Shown piece after piece: positions 29,499 through 41,719 of a DNA stretch of 64,000 bases. Numbering within the stretch: position 1 is the stretch's first letter; each line of letters starts with the position of its first letter. The DNA lies in NCBI RefSeq assembly GCF_006345805.1, contig NW_021832120.1, positions 62,001 through 126,000 on the forward strand, given 5' to 3'. A model generated the notes under the pieces. The model worked only from the letters and a program-made list of their open reading frames with translations, did not search any database and was not told the origin of the DNA. The position numbers were made by a program, and so were the translations under genes. This stretch comes from Octopus sinensis (taxonomy: Eukaryota).

Positions 29499-30678
29499 TT
29501 AACCAAGAAGCGGATAATAAACGTTAATTTTACGTGACAACTGGCCATTTTTGTTTTTTACGATTCTAAGGTACCCATCTTTCCCCCAAGCACGACCCCA
29601 ACTATTTTTATATTTAATTTTAATGCCTGTTTTTTATGAGCCAGTATTCTTTTCCATTATCTACCCCATATCCAACGAGACACGCTCCATGTAAGCCTTT
29701 ACATTCAGTATCATCCAAGATTCCTATAATGCTACACATTTATACCTCCTGAATAAAAATACAAATATTTTGACAAACAAATTCTAGTCCCAATAGGACC
29801 AACGTTCAGTAAGGTTCTTAACGCCATTGATTCGGATAGGTGAGTATAGACATAATCTGTGACTGCTATTGGATTGTTTTTATATTTGCATTCTTTTTTC
29901 TATTATAAAGTACAGTTTCATAAACCATTCCAAGATAAGGGTACTGCTTAGTTGTGCTGATTCCCCCATTTTGAATAATATATTCATATACGTCATCCGG
30001 ATGTCCGCCTTTACATCCACAATACTTACAGCAATCAAGCACGTTTTGTTCACTAAAACTAACCAACTTGCCATGTTTAATCGCATATTGACTTTCGAGA
30101 CTGGCAATCTGCAGAGTAACTATTTATTTACAAACCGGGCCAAATATATAACATGATCCACAATTAAGCTGATTTTTAACACTTGTGACTACATTTTCAT
30201 TTCTCCAGTCAAAAGATAATGGAATGTCATAGTTTTCCGCAAAATCTCTTTCATTTTCTGAGAAAAAAGAAGTTCCGTAGTGACTTGTGCTAAAATAATT
30301 TAATTTGTGTAGCTTTAGAAATTCATCCTCTGTCTGGGAATATTTTAGCACAAAACGACCGTATCTGCGAACGAGTTTATTTCTAGTTGGAAGGACGTGG
30401 CATTTCTTTTAAATTCCAAATTGTGTCTATCAATCAGAGCTAAATTATTTTGAAAAATTCGCCGTCTTTTTAACAGCTCTGTCTGATTGTAGTTTTTGGC
30501 TAAAAATTGTATATTTTACGTGCCAACCAAATTTTTGAGTGAACTCTTCCCATCGTTGATTACTTTTTGTGTCGTATAAACTAGTTGAATTTTTTCTTTT
30601 TTTGCTGACTTTGATTTGAATTTTAAAAGTTGCACAAATATATGTCAGAAAAATGACCCAAAAAATAATTGACTTCAT
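29499..30678 (-). CDS. Cathepsin L-like cysteine protease (papain C1A) with signal peptide and I29 propeptide
   Basis: DIPLSFDWRNENVVTSVKNQLNCGSCYIF (catalytic Cys), FSEQNVLDCC, LHGACLVGYG (His) and YWLIKN|SWG (Asn, joined across GC-AG intron 29602-29626). Ends VYYPLLG*. Confidence 0.93.
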
Positions 30679-30879
30679 AATTAAATAATTATGTCAAGAA
30701 TTAATATTTTATTGTTTTTTCAAACTATATTATCATTAAATGCACATTTAAAAATATAAAATTTATATTAAGATCTTTAGCCTATAAAGGCACAGCAGTT
30801 TTGAAGAGGTGGTCCTTAAAGATCAATTCAGAAAAAACAGACTTAACTTCGATTCAGCAGCTTTCGACACGAAATGGTG

Positions 30880-31400
30880 AGAAGTGGAGATTCGGGTCAC
30901 TTTTTGGAGATGCTAAGCACATAGTGCACCGAAAAATGTTGCATCGTGTCCACTAAAAAGAAGTAGAGTATCTGGGCACACAGAAAATTTATCTCGTCAA
31001 ATTTTTGGATACGCTTATACAATGCGTTTGTACAACCATTATACAATTTGAAACATAGGGAACATTAAAAACGGATCTTGGCCATTTAGACGTTTTCATA
31101 GAAATCAATTGAGAAAAATTGCATTAAATTGCCACAAATTATTAAAAACGACTCTCTCTACACATAATGTAAATGCAAGCCAATAAGCAAGAAAGTTACT
31201 ACCTCATGCTAGAAACTTTTCGGACATGTTCTAAGAATGGACGAAATGATTCCTTGCGATCAGATTACCTCTCTAATCACGGAATTGGATTTGGTCACAA
31301 TCTTGAGGATATTTGTAAGGAACAAGGCTAAAAGGAAAAGATTGGCTGAGAGGATAGTTGAGAGTACGGCACAGATAAAACCCTAGACACTTATGTGCTT
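30880..31400 (+). mobile_element. Highly degraded retroelement fragments (LTR-RT-like and LINE 3' end-like)
   Basis: KEVEYLG (~30960) resembles the gypsy RT motif; GHVLRMDE (~31220) resembles the non-LTR RT C-terminus. No continuous ORF. Confidence 0.4.
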
Positions 31401-32169
31401 ATAGCACCGCGGAAGTGCTATTAACTAACTATTTAGAAAAATTTTTTATTTTCTTGATATCTTTTGTCTATTCGGCAATGACATTCTCACAGTGCTGAAA
31501 GCAGAGGATGGGGACGATCAAAAGGGAACAATTGACAATAAAGATGTCCTGAATAGTAAATAAAGTAATCCAACCCACTTTGTCTGTAATTTTTCAACGG
31601 AGTTGTTTTTAAATGTTGTTTTTGTCTAGTGGAGTTAGAATATTTCATCAAAATTCTTAACCAGTTTTACAAAAAGATTATTTAAAATTACTCCGAAAAT
31701 ATCAATGTTCTCACAAAATAAAAATGCGGATTTATTGACGACAGTTTTAATTCCCAGTAAAGTCAAGCATAGTACTGCTGGTCTATTGGAGTGTCATCCA
31801 CAATAATTAAAGCTCCTTTTGAAAGGACGAAAATCTCTTTAAATAGTGATTTCGAGTAGAATTGACCGACAAATTCCAAAGAATAAAAGTTATATTTTTG
31901 AGAATGTTTCTTAATTTTTTTGTAGTTTTTAAAACAATTTTTTGTTAATTATTATTCTTTATTTAATGAGCATCTGTCGTCACAATATCGAATTATTACG
32001 TAGGCAATTTTTGTACAGTTGTTTTGACTATTTATATATTTAAAAATATATCACAACATGTCATTTTTAGGATTTATGTTATTTATTAATTGAATTAACT
32101 TATAATGAATAAATAAATAAAATTTTAAATTATGTTAATTAACTTTGTGTGTCAGTCAAGTACTCTTTT

Positions 32170-34108
32170 ATGAATTCCCCACCTTCAGAAGACACATCCA
32201 ACGACAAACTAAGATCCGTGGCCTGGAAGGTTAGTTAAAGACATTGAGCACTATTTTAGGCATTCTTACTAAGCGATCTCTCAGAATTCATAGACTCCCG
32301 AGATTCAGGCGTGCGTCCAGACCTATCAGAATTGGGACACGACGTCCAACGCTTCCTCACCACAAAAAACAAATCCCCAACCAAAACCCAGCTATTACAG
32401 GGATTCATTTGTGCCACGATCGAGTTCTACTGCTCCGTCAGAATGGAAATTTACTCTCCTGAACGAAATCTCCCAGAAATAGCCTTCGTCCTCAGAGAAG
32501 AGGGGGGAATCCAAGACTTGGAGGACTTGGAGTGGTGTTTCCTCTCCTTCTGTAACCGATTCGTGCCCGAGTGAGGTCTGCCAGTCACATTTAGACGGGA
32601 CAGTCTGAGTGCTCTCGCCAATCTACTAAGACTGCTAATTTTGTACCACGACCCTCCACTTTTGTGTACTTTGGAGAGGAGGAAGGTGAATGTGGGGGAT
32701 GTGGGTGTTCTCTGGGTGTCCTTCCTCCTCTAATATAGTTGAGGTCCGCCTTTGCTGGGGTTTGTACGGATAAGGTCACTTCCGCCATTTGGTCCACAGT
32801 TTTTGAGCAGCCTGATTCATTTCTGCTGGTTTTTGTTGCCTTTGCTCTCCTAGCGAGTGTGGGGTAGGAGGTGTCCTTATTCGGTAGAGACCGATTGGAG
32901 GAGATTGGAGGCGAGGAGACTTCAGGTTGGTCCTTTTTGGTATCTCAGAGTTTATTGGGGGATACCCTCTCTCCATGCAGACGGAGGACGTGGAAGATTG
33001 TTTCATGTTTGCTAACTACTTCCTCAACCGTACCCCGACCACATTTCGTGATGTGTTTGCCCACGTGTTTCACGGAGGGACCACGAATCCTCACTTTGGA
33101 GATCTTTCGTCGACGTGTTTGTGTCTGCCGATATCAGTGAGGGATATTTTGGTGTATCACCACGACGAGGCAGTGAGGAAGCGGATTAAGTACATGTTTA
33201 TTGACTGTCGGACTGCCGAGGACTTTTCCTTGGGACACTACCGGGGGTCAGTCAATGTGGACGCAGAAATGTTGTTGGATGACCCTTCATTCGTGATGGG
33301 ACAGTTGGACAATCTGCTTGACACTTCTGAGGACTCGACACAGCACGTGTGTGTTGTGGGGTATGCCGAGCCCTCCAAACATGTCTCTACTTATGCACTG
33401 GCTTCCCAGTTGCTGAAGAGGAAGGTTGCTCGAGTGAGTTGTCTGATTGAGGGATACCGCGGTGATTATATATTTTGACGGTGTAGGAATCCACGACACC
33501 TTTTTTGAGCTTGCTGATGCCCTAGATATGCACAATCCTCGATTTTGTGCTTTTTGTAGCAGGAGGACGTCGATGACCTCCCAAATCGTGACAGACACAG
33601 TAGTGAAGGTGTATTGGAAAGTGACTAGTAGGAAGGGGGTCAGGATGTTGGGGGAGTTGAAATCGGCAGTGATGAGCAAGTCCCCCTTTTTCTCGTTCAT
33701 GAAATCGCAATATTCGTCAGTGGGGGACTTGGAGGCCGTATGTTCAGTGGAGAGCGTAACGTCGGGGGCTGAGTGTCGATTTCACTGCGAGTGTCGGGAA
33801 GTGTACTCTGAGGAGGAGCAAGTGGACATGTGAGTGTTGTGTGAGAGTGTAGTTGTCTCCTACTCACACGTCGACAGATTAGTTTTTATAATGTGGTGGG
33901 GGAGGGGCAGTGCCAGTTGTATAGGTCAAAGAATCTGGCGGAAATTGTCAAGATCTCCACCAAGTCGACTGATCCAGAACTTTTGACCTTTCGATTTGGG
34001 GCCTGCGAGGGGTCGGATGTGGTCGTCACTTCAATGTGCACAATTAAAATGACCAATCCGGATAGCCTAGTTCTCGCTATTAAACAGTTGATGCATTGTG
34101 ATGACTAA
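32170..34108 (+). CDS. TBC1D23: TBC1 domain family member 23 (TBC + rhodanese + C-terminal PH-like domain)
   Basis: LLILYHDPPL, EDVEDCFMFANYFLNRTPTTFR, CLPISVRDIL, FIDCRTAEDFSLGHY and VKISTKSTDPELLTFRFG align with TBC1D23. Mini-introns restore the frame. Confidence 0.92.
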
Positions 34109-34139
34109 TATTTTATTTGAACAATATTGATACTCATCT

Positions 34140-34860
34140 GGCTTGGAGTCCTACTTTTCCAGGACAGGTTTAAGAAGTAGGCGACCAATGTGAGACAGTC
34201 GAGGGAAACCAGCTGGGGATTTTCCTGAGAATGGACACTATACGGATTCATTTTAATATGATGACTCTTTATATTAAAAATACTAGGAATATATATTCAA
34301 AATAAAAAATTATGTTTATAATTGAAGGGCTTGATTCCTTCATTATAGCAACAGGCACTAATAAGACCGATACTGAAATCTGGAAGACCTTAAGATGACC
34401 CCCCCTTTCTCTCAGACCGGTGTCTCTTTTAGAATTTTTTACCAGAAAGGCCATTTCAACACGAGTTTTAAAATGAAAAATCCAGATTTTACAGATACTG
34501 ACGAATTTTATTTGTGCCGGATTTGCAAACAAACTAAGACATTTAATACTTAGTTTTGAGGAAGATTCTATCAATGAAAATTTTTCGAATAGTTTCCAGG
34601 CAACCCAAAAAAATTTTTGGTTGGACAGAGGAGTAGGATGTGTCTCGAAAAACAACAGTCTATATCACGTTTTCTACCTAAAGGAGTACCTCACAGTTCC
34701 CTCTTATCTTCTGCTCTATTTAATCTCTTCATGGAGAACTTTCCTTGTGGACAATAATGATGTTTTACTGTCTTATTCGGATGACATTGTATTGGCTTTA
34801 AGCGATCGGAACACCTGGAAAGTCACTGAAAGAATCCAATTTTATCTAGATTGACCCAAT
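34140..34860 (+). mobile_element. Degraded non-LTR retrotransposon RT fragment
   Basis: GVPHSSLLSSALFNLFM (GVPQGS-like) followed, after a frameshift, by SYSDDIVL (YADD-like). Confidence 0.6.
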
Positions 34861-35200
34861 GCGTAGCCCTTGGATAACCGGCTCGTTGTGAATGTCTCTT
34901 TCACATGTGATAAAAGATTGGGAAAAAAGACAGTCGCTTTGAAACTGAACAATTTTCTTATATTTTTCAACAAAGAATCTTAGGAGTGACTTTTGAATAT
35001 GCATTTCTGCTTTTCTACAAATAAGATACTTCTGAAATGCCAAAAGAAAACGAACGTGTTGTCTTGGCGAACATATATCAGCAATCGAGCCAGGTTTGTG
35101 CTTAATTAGAGTTAGGGTTAGGCCCAATATGGTCGCCTCGTGGGTAGATTAAGGAGCAAAGATGAGATCGCTTGTGAAGTACATCGGGATCATGTTATTA
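34850..35200 (-). mobile_element. Second degraded non-LTR RT fragment in opposite orientation
   Basis: Weak matches to the RT domain 1-2 region (IPMY..., RPYW/YRPISL-like) and VIQGLRIG (GVPQGSVLG-like). Heavily mutated. Confidence 0.4.
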
Positions 35201-35312
35201 ATTTGTTCGTTTTTACTGTGATCTTAATGTTTAAAAAAATGGCTTAAAAAAGAATTATAGTTTGGTTAACCAAATTATCAATAATTTAATAGATTTAAAT
35301 ACGTGTCTAGTC

Positions 35313-36657
35313 ATGGCGTTCTACTTTCATTTTCTTTATTTTTTGTATGGAATTTCCAGCAAAGTATATCTCCAGGACAAAATAACAAGTATTTTAAACA
35401 CTGATATATTTCTCTAGGCACATGGGAAGAACAGTGGCAATACCCCACAAACAAAACGGAGATCGGGACGTTCACCTTCTTCAACGGCACAGAAGAGTCC
35501 AACTACACAAACAGCGGTAAAATGCCTGCCATCATCAAAGGTCTCAAAACAAGCACTGACAACAAGTTCTACACCCTGTCCCGAAATTTTGAAAACAATT
35601 TCAAATTGGGGGAGAATTCGTTCGTCCTGCAATATTCCGTGGTGAACACTCAGAGTCTAAAGTGTGGTGGAACATACCTGAAGGTTTTCCCCGCAGGAAT
35701 GGACCTCCGATCTATAAATAGCGACTCTGAGTACGTCCTGATGCTCGGTATTCCGGTTTGGTTTATTGCAGGTCCTGACACATGTGGGTCGACCAATTTG
35801 ATCCACGTGATTTACAGATATAAAGGAGTCAACAGACAACTCAAGAATATAATAGATCACCACGTAGAATAGTCCTGTCATCCAGTAGGATCACACAGGA
35901 GGGCATGTTTACACGTTTGTGGTGGAAAGGGATCTTAAATACCGTGTTTTTGTCGACGGAGAGAATAAGACAAGTGGGAATCTCTGGGAGGACTTGGATT
36001 TGGGGAGTGATGCCAAGATGATTCCGGTTTGGCGTGTTTTGTGACTGGAGGACCCCACGGCAGAGAAGCCTGGTGATTGGGTGGACGAGGAGTACATTGA
36101 GGACCCCAAGGCAGAGAAGCCCGACGACTGGATGATTCCGAAAGTCAAGCCTGAGGACTGGGACGATGCATTGGATGGAGACTGGGAAGATGATATGGTC
36201 AAGAACCCTAAATATATTGTTCTGTTTATGGGGTGATGTGCAGGGTTCTTGGGAACCAGGCAGAATTCCCAATCCGAAGTATCATGGCGAGTGGAAGGCC
36301 CCTTTGATTCCTAATCCGGACTTTGTTGCTGATTCCGACTCGTTATTTGTCGATTTGGGGTCTCTGGCTGTCGAGATTTGGCAGGTTTGCACGTGTTCTG
36401 GTTTATCTATCAGGTGGATGCGGGGTCAGTGTTTTCCAACTTTTTGGTGACTGATTCTGAGACTGACGCCCTTTCCATTGCCCGAGAATTGGCAAATAGT
36501 TTTAAGGCTTATCTAATTTTTTTATTTTCTGTAGGAATTGAAATCAGTGGAAAAATCTAATGAATTCGAGGAGGCAGGGGATGACAATGTGTCGGACGAG
36601 GATGTTAGTTTGGATGACAGTTCGGTAGAGGATATTAACATTACCGAGGAATTGTAA
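35313..36657 (+). CDS. CALR: Calreticulin
   Basis: Signal peptide; [28 protein letters not shown]-like region; P-domain repeats [33 protein letters not shown]; EIWQV; acidic tail ending TEEL*. Needs a GAG-acceptor intron (36027-36050) and a GC-AG intron (36507-36534). Confidence 0.93.
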
Positions 36658-36852
36658 TTGGTCCGATTGTTCTTCCTGTTCTAATAAATTTGGTTTATTT
36701 AAGTGGCAGTCTGGAATAGCCAATTAAATAGTCTATTGTCGTGAAACATAATTGTTCTAATTCTCATTTTAAATTGACTGATTTTTAAAATTTATTAAAA
36801 AGGAATTATTAACTGAATTTTTAAAATGTTTGCCCAAATAAGGGCGCTTGGA

Positions 36853-37215
36853 TTAACGCCTGTTCCTTTTCTGCAGCAGAAACCCTGCTAGACCCAGAGT
36901 ACTTAAGAATCGGAATCTCTCTTTGACTAGGCTTGGACATTTGTCAGCCTCATCAATGTTGCTGCGGGGCTTATATAGACTGCAAAGGTCTACACCCGCT
37001 CTCTTGCCGTAAAAGCTAAACAACATTGTAAAACGTCTATTTGAGGCAACCTGGAGCCCTCTGGACTCAACAGGGAAGAGGGCAGACGGCGTTTCACTCT
37101 CCCCGTAAGAGTACGATAATGCGATCGTCTGGGACGCAAAATGCTCTGACACTTTTGCGTCATCATGCCTTCTTGTGTCCTCGATTGAAGCCGGCACTGC
37201 GGCAACAAAAGTGGA
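36853..37215 (-). mobile_element. Probable 3' fragment of a non-LTR retrotransposon
   Basis: ORF 36853-37197 (…[34 protein letters not shown]…DKCP…) loosely resembles the LINE C-terminal region preceding a CCHC knuckle. Weak. Confidence 0.35.
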
Positions 37216-37216
37216 G

Positions 37217-37336
37217 GGCTTAATGATTTCGCTTTGGTCTTTAACACTGTTCCCCGGTCAATTCTGGCTTAATGATTTCGCTTTGGTCTTTAACACTGTT
37301 CCCCGGTCAATTCTGGCTTAATGATTTCGCTTTGGT
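37217..37336. repeat. 49-bp tandem repeat, ~2.4 perfect copies
   Basis: Unit GGCTTAATGATTTCGCTTTGGTCTTTAACACTGTTCCCCGGTCAATTCT; TAATGATTTC recurs at 37221, 37270 and 37319. Confidence 0.95.
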
Positions 37337-38109
37337 TTCCACGACTCTCTTTTTTGCAAACTTCGGGTAGATTTCCTAAGCACCCTTCGTTAAAAAATAT
37401 TGTCAGGAGAGTCTTGAACTTTTTTGGAAATTATAATTTAGCTAACTCTGCCTGCCTTACCGAAACCGGGTGAGAGTGCGACGAGAAATTCCAAATCTCC
37501 GAACACTTGACCATTCGTGAAGGCCTGTATGACATCAGGGAAAATGGCTGATTGTTTTAGTGTGTTTCTTTACCAATTGTACGCAGGAATTGCATTGTAG
37601 TAAAACTATCTTGCAGGTTCTGGGGAATCTGGTCCTGTAGACATTTTCTGTCTTTTCTTCCCTTTTTGCGGCCTCCACAATCTAGTCAACTTCGTTTTTT
37701 TTCCCTTGGAGATGATCACACTTTTTAACTCATCTGACTGTCGTATTTTAAACAATTCATTTTGTTTATATTAAATCAAAATACAACAATTTCTTTTTTT
37801 GCTCACTTTCAAAATTTGGGTATCAACCTTTTTTTTGACAAGATGAAATCAAGCTTGGTTCTTTTACTGCAAAAAATAACAACTATTTTATTGCAGAGTC
37901 TACGAAGTAGAGTATACAAAATGGTTTTTATCGACATAATGAAAAACGTGGTATCACAGGTTTCTCAGCTCGCACATGTCATTTTTTAGGCGGTCAAATC
38001 ACAATTCGTTCAAATTCACGTCAATCAACTCAAACGACAACTTCAAAAAAATGACATCCTGAAAACAAAATTTTCTAGCATATCTAAACAAATCTTCAAA
38101 TAAACACAA

Positions 38110-40250
38110 ATGAGTTAGGCGTCAACTTGAGAATTGTTGATGTTGAGCTGGAATTGTGAATTCTTTCAGTAAACATTCGTGCAGGCCATCAATTTTAACA
38201 AGGTCCTGAAATATAGATTAGCCGTCTTATTCTTCAGTGAACAACCATTTTTGTTTAACACATTTAGAGCGGTGCAAATAAGAATTGTGCTCCTCTCATA
38301 TTTAGATGTTCTTTAATTGGCAAAAGGTTTGTTTCACAATGGAGGTGATCGATTGGAGTTGATTTTAGACACCCAGATATAGTGCGCATGACCTTATTTT
38401 TATTGATCGAAGTGCCATTGTTGAGCTTGTAGATATGCAGGACGCCCAGATTGGACTCGCTAAACTTACGGATCGTATGTATTGTCTGTAAACTTGTTTG
38501 AGTAGTGGCTTCTGGGTACCGGTAATGTGACCATCTATTGCTTTTAAGATGTTTGAACGCCTTTTTGTCTTGTCAGAAATGTTTGAGACATTTTTTGTTG
38601 AAAGACATAGTTGGATCGAAGGTAAGTCCAATAATAGTGGGGTTTTTGAATAACGGAAGGTCAAAACAAAAGAGAGATAGTTTCGGGTGTAGGTTTGATT
38701 GTCTTCTATCGGAGAATAATAAGGTAACTGATGATTTTGAGGGCGTAGCCTCGAGTCTGTTCTCAATGAGCCAAATCTCAACGCAGTATAGTTGTTGCTG
38801 GATGTTGATAAAAGCTGATATGTAGTCTGCGTGTTTAGAAGCAATAATAACGTCGTCTACGTAAGACAATGCCAAGTTGTTTGAGCCATTAACCGGAAAG
38901 TCATATAAGTTGAACAAAGACAGAGACAACACAGAACCCTGAGGTACCTCATTTGGATGATAGAATTGTTAAACCGTGGTCCATAAGGGAGACGTATCCT
39001 ATTCGATTTGATAAGAAGTTTGCAAGCCAAGGATTTAAAGTTTGAATTTATGTCTGTCTTTAGAATTATGCTGATGAGTCCACACAAAGAGACGCTGTCA
39101 AACGCTTTTGAGATATCGAATGTAGCTAGTACTGTTCGTTTTGGTGGTCTTTTCTCATTAAAGCTGTCCAGGACAAATTGCGAAAGTGTTGTTAAGTAAG
39201 TAGTTGTTGAGTTTAGTGACTTGAGAAGTTGGAAAATGTTTGAATATTCGGGCAAGGATTAGTTTTTCAAGGATTTTAGCTAGCGTAAACTGAAGAGAGA
39301 TTGGGCGGTAGGAACTTGGAATGCCAGTCGGTTTGTTTGGTTTGATCAATAGAATGATACATGATTTTTTTCAAAGGAGTGGTATTTCATTTTTTGCAAC
39401 AGAATTGTTAAAAATGGAGACTTCATTCCCAGTGAAAGTGGATGTAGAATCTTTGGAGGGAAGTCTTCTAAGAGATTTGGCGACTTTCCGGTCGTTTTTG
39501 TTAGATGTTTTGTGACTTAATGAAGTGTAATATTTCATTAGCGTGTTAGTCTGCTGAACCGCATTGAGTGGCGTATTTGAGCTGGACGAGAAATAATAGA
39601 CTCATGTGATTTTGGTTTTTTGAACATCTGTTCATTCATTCTCTTAAGGGTTGACCAAATTTTGAAGGAGTTGGATTTGTATGAAGCAATAAATTGACTC
39701 TACCTAGAGTAAGTGTGCCAATTTATTGCATCAGTGATTTGTTTGTTTAGATTTCTCAGTTCTGTAGAGAACTCAGCAGATTGAACATTTTTCCGTTTCA
39801 GTTTGTTACGATTCTTTATAAGGGCGTATACTTCATGGCAATTATATTAACTATTGTGGAGTTTATGGTTAATTTCTTTTTTTGTTTATGAATTTTCTGA
39901 CCAAGAAAAAACGTGGGTCATGAATTTCTGCAAATACACTCATTCGAACGAATTGATATTGCAAAAAATAAAATTGGATTTCTATCAACTTTACAAATCA
40001 GCTACTTCGGCCAGTCTCTACATTAAGTAAATATAATTATATTTTATCAATCTACAGGTTATATTTTATCCACAAAACTGACGAAATACGAGGATTTGTG
40101 CGATCGCTTTTGCTTTTGGGCAATTGCCGTTGAGACTTCCTGTATTTTCGGGGCCAAGACGTTTGATCATCTAAATCATGCTTAGACCTGCTTCCGGATG
40201 ATTGACATCTTTTTTCGGATACAATTTTTGATATTTGTGTAGTCAAGACT
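38110..40250 (-). mobile_element. Degraded non-LTR retrotransposon (APE-RT, Jockey/I-like)
   Basis: PSSYRPISL, FDISKAFDSV, PQGSVLSLSLFNLY, SYVDDVII, IIGLTFDPTMSF and RTISGCLKSTPIDHLH, in order but broken by frameshifts. Confidence 0.88.
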
Positions 40251-40290
40251 TTAATTAAAACCGAAAAATTTTCATCTGTGAGTAGAGTTA

Positions 40291-40454
40291 CAGTGCTGGT
40301 AGAAAAAAACCGGTTTTGCAGTTAATAATTTTTTTTGGCGTATAGCTATTAATTTTCTAAATGAATGTATAATCTTTTTTACTTTAAAAAATTTCAATAA
40401 TCGGCGGAAATTTTAAAAATTTAAATTTTTGCTTGTGAATAAAAAACCGGTTTT
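40291..40454. repeat. Tc1 left terminal inverted repeat with outer and inner direct repeats
   Basis: Palindromic core AAAACCGGTTTT at ~40303-40317 and ~40441-40454. Confidence 0.9.
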
Positions 40455-41531
40455 AACAAAGAGTTAACAAAATCAACAGTTAATATGTGTGTGGTATCCT
40501 CGATTAATAAATAGCTCGTATGACTTTTAGGCATACTATCAATTAACTTCTGAATACTTTCAGACGGCAATTCGTTCTAAATTTTGGTTATTTGACTTCC
40601 AGATCCAGTTTATTTTTTGCAGGATCTAAAGAATACTTCTGCTTCATCATGCTCCAAACATGTTCCATTGGGTTCATGTCTGGAGATTGCGGAGCCCAAT
40701 CAAGAATTGGAACTTTATTTTCTTTAGAAAACTTGGTTGTCAATGCAGATTGATGACAGGGAGCCAAATCTTGTTGGAAAGTGAACTGATTTAGTCCCAT
40801 TTTTCGCGCCGAAACGAACAAATTATTCGTTATAACATTTATATATTTAGCGGAATTGAGGGTTCCATTAACAAAAACTAAATTGCCCACTCCTTGATAG
40901 GAGATACAGCCCCAAACCATAACACTGCCTCCACCAAATTTTACTGTCGGCGTAATATGGCTCAATTCATAACGTGAACTTTTTTTTCGATAACTGTATT
41001 GCCTTTTTTTAGTATGAAAAATCTGAAAAGATGCTTCATCAGAGAAAATAATAGTTTTCCATGCGTCATTGTTCATCCGAATAAAAATTTTTGACAATTC
41101 ATATCTTTTTATTATGTTTTTCTTCGAAAGCAACGGTTTACGTTGACATACTCTTCCGAAGAGAAAATTGGAATTTAAATAAGTTCCAATTGTCTTTCTA
41201 CAGACACTCTTATTAGTTAAATGTTTATTTCATTCCTCAACGTGTTAGAAGATTTTTTTGGATCGCACTCAACAAGATGCAATAAAATTTCAACGTCTGT
41301 TTTTTGAAGCTTTTAGGACGTCCAGAACCAGGAATCCTATCAATAGTTCCATATTTTGTGAATTTTCGAAGAAAATCTCCGATTGTCGATTTTGGAGTAT
41401 TTAGATGATCTGCGATATCTTTTATCGTCCAATTTAACTCATAAAGAGCAAGAATGTTCCCTTTAATTATTTTATTTAACATTTGCTTATAAAACTAAAA
41501 ATTCAACTACTAAAATATCACTCAATAATGC

Positions 41532-41719
41532 AAACCGGTTTTTTATTCACACGGTAAAATTTAAATCTTCAGAATTTTAAACGATTAATGGAATTTTTTA
41601 TAAATAAAAAAAATTATAAATCTAATCAACTACAAAGAGTTCAATTCAGTTAAAAAAATAAATGCTATCCGCCAAAAAAAGTTAGTAACTGCAAAACCGG
41701 TTTTTTTCTACCAGCACTG
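41532..41719. repeat. Tc1 right terminal inverted repeat with inner and outer direct repeats
   Basis: AAACCGGTTTTTTATTCAC (41532-41550) is the reverse complement of the left inner repeat; outer repeat at 41693-41707. Confidence 0.9.

Larger units (their letters stand above)
40291..41719 (-). mobile_element. Tc1-family DNA transposon (DD34E), full length with IR/DR ends and TA target duplication; transposase disrupted
   Basis: TA|CAGTGCTGGTAGAAAAAAACCGGTTTTGCAGTT at 40289 is inverted at 41687-41721. HTH region with GSGRPK; FSDEAS, VWGCIS, FQQDLAPCH, SPDMNPMEHVW, with 34 residues between the second D and the E. Frameshifts plus a TAG in place of Trp. Confidence 0.96.

Noticed and set aside
35112-35122. 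TTAGGGTTAGG as an interstitial telomere or telomere-addition site (similar 12-mer near 42592)
   Set aside because: It is under two repeat units, lies inside an RT remnant and is expected by chance.
37217-37336. 49-bp repeats as a CRISPR array
   Set aside because: The copies are directly adjacent with no unique spacers, there are no cas genes, and the context is eukaryotic.
38110-41719. Tc1 nested inside the LINE
   Set aside because: No LINE-like sequence is recognisable on the far side of the Tc1 (after 41721), so only adjacency is supported.
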